Shown piece by piece: positions 1-10,302 of a stretch of DNA of 48,887 nt. The stretch is from positions 1-48,887 of the forward strand of contig CAWDPO010000029.1 of assembly GCA_963804165.1 (NCBI GenBank). The letters are read 5' to 3'. The position numbers were made by a program, and so were the translations under genes. The notes below the pieces were generated by a model. That model was not told the DNA's origin and ran no database searches. It saw nothing but the letters and a program-made list of their open reading frames with translations. The stretch comes from an uncultured delta proteobacterium (GTDB taxonomy: Bacteria > Desulfobacterota > Binatia > UBA9968). Positions within the stretch are counted from its first letter, which is position 1; every line of letters begins with the position of its first letter.

Positions 1-187
1 GGTCGGGCACGCGCCCGGTGTGCCGGCCGTGGCGTACGAGCTGACCGATCCCGAGACCTCTGTACCCTGCTGCACTGGCGGCGATCGACGGCCGGTTCCC
101 GGCCGGCAGGCTCGCCCGCCTGGAGCTGCACTGGAGACTGGGCCGACCCGGAGACCGCCGCCCTGGTGGGTGTCCGGCTCCCGTGAC

Positions 188-1360
188 ATGACCGGCCACG
201 AGCGGCTGCGGGTCCTGGTCGGGTCGCTGGCTCCTGGGGTCCTACCGGTCATCGCCGAGGAACCTCCGGCCGGGACGATCCTGCTCGACCTCGGGCCGGA
301 CCATCCGAGCCAGGCGGGGCTGATCGAGCTGCGTCTGTGGACCAGCGACGGGATCATCAGCGCGGCGCAGGTGGTGGTCGGCGCGATGCACCGCGGCGTG
401 GAGAAGCTGTTCGAGGTCCGCGACTACACCCAGATCCTGATGCTGGCCGACCGGCACGATCCGGCATGCGCCCTTCTTCGGTGAGCTGGCGGTCGCCTTG
501 GCGTGCGAGCAGCTGATGGGCCTGGTCGTGCCGGAGCGGGCCATCTGGCTGCGGACCCTGCTGGCCGAGCACACCCGGATCCTCAGCCACGCCGGGTTCC
601 TCACCTGGGTGTCCCGGGCGTCCACCGCCGACGCCGGACTTCACCGGCTCCGCGAGGCGCTTCGCGAGCAGACCCTGGTGCTGACCGGCAACCGGATCCA
701 CCCGATGGTGAACCGGATCGGCGGGTTGGCCGCGGACGCCGATTCCGAATGGCTAGGCGCCGAGACCTGGGTCATGGCCGAGGCCGAGACAGTGGGCGAC
801 GGCGGTGCTCCGGCTGGTCGACGCCGGGCTCCGTCACCGGACTGACCCGGGGCGTCGCGATCCTCGACCCGAAGACCATCGCGCAGTACGGCGTCAGCGG
901 GCCGGCGGCCAGGGCGAGCGGGGTCGACCTCGACCTACGGACCCAGCAGCCCTACCTGGCGTACGCGGAGCTCGGTGATCTGACGGACCGCCGACCCCGA
1001 CGTACGGCGATGCCTGGTCCCGGCTACGCACCCTGGCCGAGGAGATGGTCACCAGCGCCCGGCTGGTCCGGGCCTGCGCCGAGCGGCTGGCCACCGTCGG
1101 CGGGCCGATCGAGGCCCGGCTCGGCAAGATCATCCGGGTGCCGGAGGGCCAGACGTACCTCGGGATCGAGGCCCCACTGGGCATCGCCGGGGTCTACCTG
1201 AGCTCCCGCGGTGAGAAGACGCCGTGGCGGCTCAAGCTGCGTACCCCCTCGTTCAACAACGTCGCCAGCCTGGAGACCCTCCTGGTCGGGGTCGTCCCCG
1301 CAGCACTGGAGGCGACTCTGGCATCGGTCGGTTACGTGGTGGGCGACATCGACAAGAAGG
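188..1360 (+). pseudogene. NADH-quinone oxidoreductase subunit D-like protein (stand-alone actinobacterial NuoD paralog), frameshifted
   Basis: Pieces across ORFs 20-484, 498-845, 503-1201 and 1045-1539 give [70 protein letters not shown] and GYVVGDIDK, all typical of complex I 49-kDa subunits. There are at least 3 indels, probably sequencing errors, and no stop after the expected terminal GDIDK. Confidence 0.8.
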
Positions 1361-1594
1361 TCGCAGTCCGGTTGAAGTTCTTCGACGCGCGAAGTCCAAT
1401 GCCGGACTTGGTGACCCCAACGCGCGCACCGCGTTTCGTTCGTAAGGACGACGCCCGCGCTTCGCCGACACAACTGGCCAGCCGGACAACCACCTGCAGT
1501 TTCGAGAACCGCTCCGATGTCATAACACGGCATCGATGACGCGCGTACAGAGCTGCGCACGCTGTTCCAAACATCGTTGCCGCGCTCTGAGATC

Positions 1595-1879
1595 TGAAGC
1601 GTCCCGGATGCCGGGTGATGAGATCGGCAGCGGTGTCGTTGGCGACCCGCGCGATCTGTGCGGCGTCAGACCCATCGAGGAGCACCCCCGGGACTTGAGA
1701 TCGACAGGTACGCGGTTTGAATGCCGGCGACATCGATGAACCGAACCGCGTCCTCCTCGGACCAGTCGGGCAAGCGCATGATGCCGTCGGGCGGCGCCTC
1801 CGGGGATCGCTCCACTGCTTCGCGGTACCGGCTCGGGCAGGAAGTGATGGTGGACGTCGATCAACCCTGACGCGGCCAT
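1595..1879 (-). pseudogene. N-terminal fragment of an amidohydrolase_2 family (ACMSD-like) metal-dependent enzyme
   Basis: LIDVHHHFLP metal motif, then in shifted frames PGVLLDG...ARVANDTAADLITRHPGRF; similarity stops abruptly near 1,595. Confidence 0.65.
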
Positions 1880-1908
1880 CGCCGGACGCTACTTCCGCGC
1901 CCGGGCGG

Positions 1909-3384
1909 CTACTTCCCGTTGACGGTCCGGGTGCTCATGGCATAGGTCAGCGTCGCATAGGCGACGGCGTCGGCGTTGAGGTCGAGGACCTCGTTGTTGT
2001 TGTTGGCGAAGGTGTCGCACGCCGCGTGGTAGCACGGGTCGTACTGCTGGCCGGCCGTGCCGCCGTACACTCGCGCTGGGCCAGCGTCTTGATGCCCTCG
2101 GCGCCGGTGAACAGCCCGCCGGCGGGGATGTCGACGCCGCAGCGATGAACGGCCCGTAGTCGGACCGGCCGTTGAAGGCTGTCGGCTCGAGGCCAGGCCG
2201 CGGGCGGCGTAGAAGTCGTCGAAGAGGGCCTCGATGGCGGCCGAACCGGCCGGGCCGGCCGGCCCGATGTCGCCGCTGCCGTCGTACACGAACCGGACGT
2301 AGTTCGGCGAGCCGATCATGTCGAAGTTCAGGTAGAGGGCGATGTCGTCCCGCTCGGCCTGCGTCAGGTTGTTGACGTAGAACGTGGAGCCGACCAGGCT
2401 GGACTCCTCGGCGCCCCACCAGGCGAAGCGGACCGTGTTGTCGGGCTTGACCTTGCGCATCTGCTCGGCCACCTCGAGGATGGCGGCGCTGCCGGAGCCG
2501 TTGTCGTTGATGCCCGGACCCTCGAGGACGGAGTCGAGGTGGGCGCCGACCATCACGACGTTGTTGTCGTTGCCGGCCGTCGTCTCGGCGAGGACGTTGT
2601 AGGTGGTCTTGATCTCGCGGATCGTGTTGGCGAACACTCGCATGCGCAGCCCGGCGTGCTGCGACAGCGTCTCTCCCAGCGGGTAGGTGGTGCCGATCAC
2701 CGGGATGCCGCTGGTGTTGTTGGCGGTGAGCGTGACGGCCGGGATGCCCTGGCGGTCGGGCGTCGATGCGTTGCCCTGGTTGAAGATCACGATGCCGACG
2801 GCGCCAGCGGCGGCGGCGTTCTCGGCCTTCAGCTCGAACGTGCAGGTGCCACGCTGGAGCAAGGCGATGTTCCCGGCCGGGAACCCGGCGAAGTCGGTCT
2901 GCCTCACAGCCGCTGGTGGAGGTGTTGCCGAGACCGAGCTGCAGGTCGACGGCCGTGACGGCCGCCGTCACGTCGCCGGGGTCGGACTGGTGATCACGCC
3001 GAAGTCGACGCCCTGGACGTAGGTGACCCTTCCGGCGCCGTCTGCTGGAGGGCCGACGGACCGAGCTGGTCGAACGCCAGGTAGTCGAAGGGCTGGACGA
3101 TAGGGTCGTAGCCCGCCGCCTCGAGCCGATCGACCACGTAGGCGACAGACTTGTCGTGGCCCGGCAGGCCGGAGAACCGGTTGCCGCCGTTGGCGTCGGC
3201 GATGTCCTGGAAGGCCAGCTGGTGCTCGCGCACCCCTTCCAACGTCACGCACTCCAGGAGCTTGTCGATCTTGTTGTTGTTGCGGCTCTCGCAGGCCGGC
3301 GAGCCTGCCGCGGCCTGACCGACCGGGATGGGGACGACCACCGCTGCTACCACCGCGCCGACCAGCAACGCAACGTCTCGTCAT
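1909..3384 (-). CDS. Secreted M28 family aminopeptidase with PA domain, frameshifted in this sequence
   Basis: Signal-like N-terminus; CxSRNNNKIDKLLECVT; PA domain IALLQRGTCTFELKAENAAAAGA; M28 ligands GAHLDSV, GPGINDNGSG, WGAEE, LNFDMIGSPN, DPCYH. Split over ORFs 2994-3368 and 1909-2907; purine-rich RBS before the ATG at 3,384. Confidence 0.85.
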
Positions 3385-3463
3385 GGCACACCCCCCTTGA
3401 GGTACGGGGATTCGTTGTCCATGCCCGCGACGGGTGGGACCGTAAACACCTATCGGTGCGGCG

Positions 3464-3903
3464 TTAGGTCGGTTTGGTGTTGACCACGTACGTGGAGCAC
3501 GTCGTGTGATGCACGACCCGACTCGGCACATTCCCGAGGATGAATCGGGACTTGGAGCCGATCCCACGATTGCCCACCACGATCAGGTCGGCGTTCACGT
3601 CATCCGCAACGTCGAGAATCGCTTCAGCAGGGTTCCTCCGACCATGGGGTGCGTGATGGCCTCGACACTCGACTGCCGGATCAGCGCAGCAGCATCGTCG
3701 AGAACTCCGTGCACCCACCGGTCATCCATCGCTGGCACCGACATGCCTGCCGACAGCGCGAGGCCGTCGGCACCAGTTCGCAGATGTTGCGCACACACAA
3801 CGTGGAGCGGCTGGCCGAATGTCTTGGCGAGCTCGGTCGCCGTTCGCACGGCAACAGCCGCTGTCTCTGATCCGTCCGTTCCGACGACGATGGGTCCGTT
3901 CAT
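3464..3903 (-). CDS. Universal stress protein (UspA family), one frameshift
   Basis: IVVGTDGSETA...A N-terminus (ORF 3595-3903) and PAEAILDVA...DLIVVGNRG...LGNVPSRVVHH C-terminus (ORF 3464-3718). Confidence 0.85.
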
Positions 3904-3974
3904 GGCGATCCCCGCTCCAAAGAAGGCTCGACTGGGTCACCATCATGACTCCCCCGCCGACCGCCCACCTCTGA

Positions 3975-4842
3975 GGTCCGTGTGAGTGTGGCGACCCCGT
4001 CGAGCCCGGCCAGCTTGTGCGGGTTGCGGATGGCGTAGATGCGGGTGATCCGGCCGTCCTCGACGGCAAGGCTCACCGCGGTGTTGACCTCACCGCCGAT
4101 GTCGATCCTGGCGGCGGGTGAGCCGTTGAGCCAGATGGCCTTCGCATCGAAGTCCGACAGAGCGGGACCCGCGATCAGGAAGCCGGCCACCCGTTCCGCG
4201 CCCTCGATCGGACGGCGAGCGGCGGCGACCAGGCCGCCGCCGTCGGCCACGAGGACGACGTCGGGGGCGAGGACGTCGAGGAGGCCCTGCAGGTCGCCGT
4301 GTCGGACGGCGGCGAGGAACCGGTCGACGGCCTCCTGCTGTTCGGTCGTGCTGACCGGCATCCGCGGGCGCCGAGCCGCGACGTGGTCGCGGGCCCGGTG
4401 GGCGATCTGGCGGACGGCGGCGGGCGACTTGCCGACCGCCTCGGCGATCTCGTCGTAGGGGGTGTCGAACACCTCGCGGAGCACGAACACGGCGCGCTCC
4501 GCCGGTCCGAGGGTCTCGAGCACGGTGAGCATCGCGATCGAGACGCTCTCGGCGAGCTCGACGTCGGCGGCGACGTCGGGGCTCGTCACCAGCGGCTCCG
4601 GCAGCCATTCGCCGACGTACTCCTCACGCCGCCGCGCCAGGGTCCGCAGCCGGTTCAGCGCCTGACGGGTGACGATGCGCACCAGGTAGGCGCGCGGGTC
4701 GCGGACCTCGTCGTGGTCGACGTCGGCCCACCGCAGCCACGTCTCCTGGACGACGTCCTCGGCGTCGGACGGCCGAGCCGAGCATCTCGTAGGCGACGGT
4801 GAACAGCAGGCTGCGGTGGCGCGCGAACGCGTCCTCGCTCAT
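3975..4842 (-). CDS. ECF41/SigJ-type RNA polymerase sigma factor with C-terminal SnoaL-like domain
   Basis: HRSLLFTVAYEMLGS, EYVGEWLPEP, ERAVFVLREVF, VRQIAHRAR, DGGG and RNPHKL motifs of ECF41. Frameshift near 4,770. The expected stop after ATLTR is missing and the ORF runs on to 3,900. Confidence 0.88.
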
Positions 4843-5429
4843 GCCGAGGTCGCGTACCCGGCCGAGGGTTGGGCCAGCGGCAGCGTGCACGCCTTGGAGA
4901 ACCCCTGGGCCTCGATCCCCAGCGCCGTGTTGCACCTCGTGGTCATGTTCGCGAAGCCGACCGAGGCGGTGAGCTCCACCATGGCCGGCGCACCGAGCTG
5001 CTCGAGCAGCCGGGCGGACAGCTCGTCGGTGACCCGCGGGGGCGTCTCGCTCATCGCCTCGGCGTACTCCATGACGTCACGCTCGAGCGGGGTGAACACC
5101 GGCGACTCGCGCCACCGGGGCACCTCGCTGGCCTTGGCCTCGTCGAGGCCCTCGTTGTGGGCGTGGAAGTAGTCGAGGTCGAGGCACCACGAGCAGCCGA
5201 CCAGCGCGGCGACCGCCATGTGGGCGAAGGACTTCAGGTCGGGGTCGAGCTGGTCCCACTTCTGGGCCTTGCGGCCGAACCCCATGGTGCTGGTGAGCAC
5301 CGCTCGGTTGTGCCACATCACCTCGGCCGGCTCGGGGACCTCACCGAACATCTTGCGGCTGAATCGCTTCAGCACGTACCCGTACAGGCCGGTGATCTCC
5401 GCCTTGGGGATCCGTGTCGTGCTGGACAT
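4839..5429 (-). CDS. Carboxymuconolactone decarboxylase/AhpD-like protein (ECF41-associated)
   Basis: CSWC (CxxC) motif, WRESPVFTPLERDV, VELTASVG; GGAGGAG RBS before the ATG at 5,429; stop overlaps the sigma factor start. Confidence 0.85.
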   Translation of the reverse strand: MSSTTRIPKAEITGLYGYVLKRFSRKMFGEVPEPAEVMWHNRAVLTSTMGFGRKAQKWDQLDPDLKSFAHMAVAALVGCSWCLDLDYFHAHNEGLDEAKASEVPRWRESPVFTPLERDVMEYAEAMSETPPRVTDELSARLLEQLGAPAMVELTASVGFANMTTRCNTALGIEAQGFSKACTLPLAQPSAGYATSA

Positions 5430-5462
5430 GCTTGCTCCTCCTGTCGATGTGATCGACATGAA

Positions 5463-5489
5463 GACACCGCCCGCGCTCCGTCTGTGACA
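5463..5489 (-). promoter_or_regulatory. ECF41-dependent promoter
   Basis: Minus strand reads TGTCACA-N16-TGTC upstream of the CMD-sigma operon; the known ECF41 consensus is TGTCACA-N16-CGTC. Confidence 0.75.
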
Positions 5490-5587
5490 GCCCCCGGGAA
5501 CCACTGGACGCGGCGGACGTCGACGGGCTCCCAATCCTCGGGCGTCAGAATTCCCGCAGGAGAGCGGGCTATCAGTACATTCCTACC

Positions 5588-7040
5588 GTGCGGGCGGGAG
5601 CGGTCGTCGGGGGCGTGTCGGCGAGCTCGATCGTGTCGCCGCATTCGTCCACGCTCTCGGAACGGGAACCAGGGCGTTGCTCATCGAGGGTGAGCCGGGT
5701 GCCGGGAACAGAGCCCTGTGGGAAGAGAGCCTCGCCCGCGTCGGTAGCAACATCCGGGTCGTCTCGTGCCGCCCAGTGGAGTCGGAGGCGACGCTTTCCT
5801 ACGCGGGATTGGGTGATCTCATCGGTCCTGCGCTGACGGCTCGAGTCGCCGACCTCCCCGAGCCGCAGCGGAGGGCCCTCCACGTCTCGTGCCGGGCTTG
5901 GAAGATGCGTCCGACGGCCCGGTCAACCACCGTGCCGTCGGTGCGGGGACCCTGTCACTGCTGGCGGCAATTGCCAGGGACCAACCGGTCGTCGTCGCCG
6001 TCGACGATTTGCAGTGGCTCGACCGTGGTGTCGGCGAGAGCCCTGGGCTTTGCGATACGTCGCGGTCTCAACCGAGCCCATCGGGCTCCTCGCGACGGTG
6101 CGGTCCGACGCGGAGAGGACGGCGACATCGGAGTCGCCGACCCGCTCCTAGACCGCCACGTGGAACGACTCTCGGCGTCGGCCCACTCAGCGTGGGAGCG
6201 GATCCAGCGCTTGCTGGCGGACCGGCTCGGCTCTCAAACCGCGGCGTACCCCGTCCTCGTTCGTCTCCACGAGGACGCCTTGGGCAACCCGTTCTTCGCG
6301 TGCCGGAGCTGGCACGGGGACCGTGGACACCGGCTCACTCCCTGGGCCTGGGCAACCCCTGCCGGTACCAGGAGACCTGCGCGTGGTCCTCGTGCAGCGG
6401 GCGCGCCAGTTCCCGAGACCGGCTCGCGAGGCGCTCCTCCTCGCGTCGCTGCTGGCGAACCCGAGCGAGGACACGCTGGCGCGGGCGTTCGGAGACGGTT
6501 GGGTCCCGCGCGATCGATCGCGGGGAGCACGGCCGGGATCATCGAGGTCGTCGGGGGCAGGGTGCGGTTCGCCGACCCGCTGCTCGCGGCGGCGGTCGCC
6601 GGGATGGCATCGGACCGCGAACGACGCCTACGCACACGCGGCGGCCAAGGCGGTCGACGACGCGAGGAGGGGTCGCGTGCGCCACCTCGCGGTCGGCCGG
6701 CCACCGGGCCCGACGAGACCGTCGTGGCGTCGCTCGAGGAGCGTCGCGCCACGCGACGGAAAGGGGCGCACCCGACGCGGCCGCCGAGCTGGCTGAGCTG
6801 GCACGAGCTATGACACCGGACGGTCGTCAGCAACACGATCTCTGTCGCCGAGACACGATCGCCGGTGAGGCCCGTGCTTCTCCGCGGGCGACTCCGAGCG
6901 AGCCGTGAAGCTCCTCTCCGACGTGTGGATCGCTGCGACATCTGGGCCTGAACGTGCCGGCGTCCTATGGCGCTTGGCCCGAGTCCGGTATCACCACGAT
7001 GACATCGCCGCTGTCCCGACAACTCCTCGAGGAAGCGAGG
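5588..7040 (+). pseudogene. AAA ATPase / LuxR-family (LAL-type) regulator, heavily frameshifted and truncated
   Basis: LIEGEPGAG (Walker A-like), RPVESEATLSYAGLGDL, PVVVAVDDLQWLD, GNPFFA, VRFADPLLAAAV, GAPDAAAELAELA; cut off before any HTH at the junction near 7,040. Confidence 0.75.
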
Positions 7041-7060
7041 GGCTATTTAGAGGTAAAGAC

Positions 7061-7558
7061 ATGAAACCAGAAAAAGCTCAGCTAGTAATCCAAGGACTCA
7101 AGGAAGCCGGCGTCGATTTTGCCGCCGGCGTGCCCGATGCGCAGTTTATCGAAGTCTATAAAATGCTCGCGGAAGATGGCGACATTCACTACGTCGGCAC
7201 GGCTAACGAAGCCGAAGCAGTCGGCGTCGGCTTCGGCGCGTGGTTCGGCGGCAAGAAACCGGCGTTGATTCTCGCCACCTCCGGTTTGTTGGTGGCGACT
7301 TATCATCTCGCGCGCATTAATTTATTGCATGAGGTGCCGGTGCTCGTGGTGATTCCTTATCGCGGCGACATCGGCGATCCGCGTTGGATGGGGCTTTACA
7401 AAAAAACCACCGAGCCTGGTCTTAATGCGATGGATATTCCCTATCGCATTGTGAGCCGATCGGCGGATATAGTGCGGACCCTGAAGGATTGCAACGAGAG
7501 TGCGCGCGCCTGGCTGAAGCCCGTCGCTGTGCTGCTGAACGAGGAGGCTTTATGGTAA
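7061..7558 (+). CDS. Sulfopyruvate/phosphonopyruvate decarboxylase alpha subunit-like (TPP enzyme PYR domain; ComD-like)
   Basis: GLKEAGVDFAAGVPD, ANEAEAVGVGFGAWFGGKKPAL, VIPYRG; ATG at 7,061 after GAGG; overlaps the beta subunit start. Confidence 0.75.
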   Translation: MKPEKAQLVIQGLKEAGVDFAAGVPDAQFIEVYKMLAEDGDIHYVGTANEAEAVGVGFGAWFGGKKPALILATSGLLVATYHLARINLLHEVPVLVVIPYRGDIGDPRWMGLYKKTTEPGLNAMDIPYRIVSRSADIVRTLKDCNESARAWLKPVAVLLNEEALW

Positions 7559-8178
7559 CCCGATTCATGCTGCTCAAAGAACTCGCGGTCCTTGTTCCCG
7601 ATGACGTCCTGGTGCTTACTAGCATCGGCAACAACAGTGGTTTTTGGGGCCAGCTCAAAGACCGGGAAGCAAATCTATTTCACCTTACCATGGGCATGTG
7701 CTCGTCAACGGCACTGGGTCTTTCGCTGGCTCTGCCCAAGCGAAAAATTGTCGCCCTCGACTCCGACGGCAATCTCACATTGAATCTGGGAGTCCTTGGT
7801 ACTATCGCCAATGAAGCGCCGAAAAACTTGACCATCGTCGTCATGGACAACCAAAACTATCTGGGGAGCAATAAGCTCGCGCCGGGCATGCCGACGGCAA
7901 CTGCCGGCAAAATGAATTTGGAGAGCGTCGCCAAAGGATGCGGTTTCGATAGCGCGTGCACCGTCGACGATGTCGCAGCTTTTCGCGACAAGATCCAGAG
8001 CGCGCTTGCCAGCGCTGGGCCGCACTTCATCCGAGCGAGCGTCGACGCACTCGACAAGGACGGGCCAAAGAAAAGCAAACGCATACCCGACCCGCGGGAA
8101 AACAAATACCAATTTGCGGGTTACATCCAAAGAACCGAGGGCGTAGAAATTCTCGGCAGCGGACTCGGCGGAGGGTGA
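7552..8178 (+). CDS. TPP-binding decarboxylase beta subunit (ComE-like)
   Basis: MGMCSSTALGLSLA, TPP motif variant DSDGNLTLNLG...VVMDNQNY; GAGGAGG RBS; paired with the upstream alpha subunit. Confidence 0.78.
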   Translation: MVTRFMLLKELAVLVPDDVLVLTSIGNNSGFWGQLKDREANLFHLTMGMCSSTALGLSLALPKRKIVALDSDGNLTLNLGVLGTIANEAPKNLTIVVMDNQNYLGSNKLAPGMPTATAGKMNLESVAKGCGFDSACTVDDVAAFRDKIQSALASAGPHFIRASVDALDKDGPKKSKRIPDPRENKYQFAGYIQRTEGVEILGSGLGGG

Positions 8179-8252
8179 GATGACGCTGTCCGAAACCCCC
8201 AACAAAACTAAATAGGGGAGCAGCAGGAAAATCCTTTCCGAGAGGATGAACG

Positions 8253-9233
8253 ATGCAAATTAGATCGACCCCCCACAAATTGGACGTTCTCATATCGGCA
8301 ATTCTTTTTTGTGTTCTGGCTTATTCCGGAGCCAACGCTCAGTCGCGTTTGAAGTTCGCCTACTCGTCGGTCGGATCAATGGCAACGGCCGTGTGGATGG
8401 CTAAAGAAAGCGGTGCCTTCGACAAGTACGGTCTCCAGACAGACATCATTTTCATCTCATCGGGGCCTGTGGTCGTCCAGGCATTGATCGGCGGCGATCT
8501 GCTGGGCGGGAGCGCGGCCAGCAACGCGGTGATCAATGCGGTATTGAATGGCGCGCCGATCGTCGCCGTCGGCGGCACCGCCAATCGGCCGTATCACCGT
8601 CTCTTCGTTCAGCCGGACATCAACCGCCTCGAAGATCTCAAGGGAAAAATTCTTGGGGTCACACGCTTCGGTTCGATCACGGACAACTTGACGCGCATCC
8701 TCCTGCGCAAACACGGTCTGGAAAATGCGGTCACGGTGCGGCAGATGGGCGGCACCCTTGAAGTTGCCGCGGCATTTCAGAACCGCCAGATCGCGGGCGC
8801 GGTCACCGGGGACCTGCGCGGCCCGACGCAGACAGTCCCGAAGATCTTAGTCAGACTCATCGACATGGGGATTCCCTATTCGATGAACATGATCGCCGTG
8901 TCGCGCGATTTATTAAAGCGCAGTCCGGAAACGGTCGAGAGTATTGTGCGCGCTTACGCGGAGGGTGTCGCGTTCATGAATCAGAATAAGGAACGCGCGT
9001 TAAAGATCATCGCCAAGTACGCTCATCTTGGAGATGCCAAGCAGGTCGAAGATCATTATCGCGATTCGGTAACTTATTTGGACCGGGTTCCGCGCGCCGA
9101 GCCCGAGGCTGTGCAAACGATCCTGGAGTTCATGGGCAAAAAAGGCATTCCGGTGGAAACTTTCCAGGATAATTCCATCGTCGAGAAGCTCACACGCGAA
9201 GGCTTTTTCGATAAGCTTTACAAGAAATCGTAA
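8253..9233 (+). CDS. NMT1/THI5/SsuA-type substrate-binding protein (SBP1)
   Basis: Signal peptide ending ANA-Q; WMAKESGAFDKYGL, DLKGKILGVTRFGS, DNSIVEKLTREGFFDKLY. Confidence 0.88.
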   Translation: MQIRSTPHKLDVLISAILFCVLAYSGANAQSRLKFAYSSVGSMATAVWMAKESGAFDKYGLQTDIIFISSGPVVVQALIGGDLLGGSAASNAVINAVLNGAPIVAVGGTANRPYHRLFVQPDINRLEDLKGKILGVTRFGSITDNLTRILLRKHGLENAVTVRQMGGTLEVAAAFQNRQIAGAVTGDLRGPTQTVPKILVRLIDMGIPYSMNMIAVSRDLLKRSPETVESIVRAYAEGVAFMNQNKERALKIIAKYAHLGDAKQVEDHYRDSVTYLDRVPRAEPEAVQTILEFMGKKGIPVETFQDNSIVEKLTREGFFDKLYKKS

Positions 9234-9280
9234 TGCTCGAGTTCCATCGTCGCTGTAAAGGAAATGTGAAGACGCTTGTC

Positions 9281-9380
9281 TCCCTCGCCCGCAACGCGGG
9301 AGAGGGCAGGGGTGAGGGTCTTCTTTTTTTGTACCCCCTCACCCTAACCCTCTCCCCCACAAAAATGTGGTGGAGAGGGA
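9281..9380. repeat. REP-like palindromic pair (CCCTCACCCTAACCCTCTCCC type)
   Basis: tccctcgcccgc..gcgggagagggcaggggtgaggg followed by the inverted ccctcaccctaaccctctccc..ggagaggga. Confidence 0.8.
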
Positions 9381-9459
9381 ATTTGTCGTCCGCTTTGTAG
9401 CTACTTAGTTAGATTCGTCGGTTTAGGGACACTTAACGAATTGTTCACAGGAGTTGAGC

Positions 9460-10200
9460 ATGACCACTGTCATTACACGTGGCTTGAAAGAAGAGAAAGA
9501 CGGCATCCAAGGCTACATTGCGTATCCCGAGCGCGATGAGAAAGGGCCGGGCCTCCTGCTCATTCATCAGCATTCGGGTCTCACGGGTTATTTGAAAACT
9601 GCGGCTTACAAGTTTGCCCAGCTTGGTTACACCACGGTGGTTCCCAATATCTATCACATGCTCGGTTACCCGGCGGAGCAGCATATCGACAAGGGTACCG
9701 AGATTCAGAACAAAACCCCGGATCCCGATTTTGTGCGCGTCATCGACCGCGGCTGGCGCTATTGCTTGTCGCGAAACGATGTCGACGGCTCTCGCGTCGG
9801 CGTGATCGGTTACTGCATGGGCGGCAGGCTTGGGATCCACTTCGTCGCCGCGACCCCGGCGGCGCGCGCGTTCGTCGCTTATTATCCGTCTGTTGCCGAT
9901 GAACAGCCGACTCGAATCCGCCCGCGCCATCCCTGTGATGCCATACGTGAAATCAAATGTCCGTCCATGATACTTTACGGCGGTCATGACCAACACAGCA
10001 CTTTTCCGGTCCAGCAGCGCGTGATGGACAGTTTTAATGCCAACGGCCAGCCTTTGGAGTGGCACTACTTTCATTTCGGCAACCACGGTTTTGCGTCGAC
10101 CGAATCCGACGGCTACCAACCGTACCTCGCAGATCTAGTGTGGCCTCTGGTAACCGAATTCCTAAGGCGCGAGCTCGTGAGCCCTGCCCCTCTAAGGTGA
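9460..10200 (+). CDS. Dienelactone hydrolase family protein
   Basis: Nucleophile motif GYCMGG, YGGHD, NHGF; AGGAG RBS. Confidence 0.85.
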   Translation: MTTVITRGLKEEKDGIQGYIAYPERDEKGPGLLLIHQHSGLTGYLKTAAYKFAQLGYTTVVPNIYHMLGYPAEQHIDKGTEIQNKTPDPDFVRVIDRGWRYCLSRNDVDGSRVGVIGYCMGGRLGIHFVAATPAARAFVAYYPSVADEQPTRIRPRHPCDAIREIKCPSMILYGGHDQHSTFPVQQRVMDSFNANGQPLEWHYFHFGNHGFASTESDGYQPYLADLVWPLVTEFLRRELVSPAPLR

Positions 10201-10302
10201 GCGAAATCGCGGCGCATAGGTGAGCCTTGAAACCATGTTGGCATGGCGGGTGAATTCGAATATACCGGCCAGTGACATGCTCGATAGCAAAGGAGTAGAA
10301 TA

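Noticed and set aside
1-187. 3' end of an upstream gene (possibly a SAM-dependent methyltransferase)
   Set aside because: Too short and error-prone to support a call.
6905-7558. Fusion of a regulator fragment to the ComD-like protein (217-aa ORF)
   Set aside because: It spans the compositional junction; the real start is the RBS-preceded ATG at 7,061.
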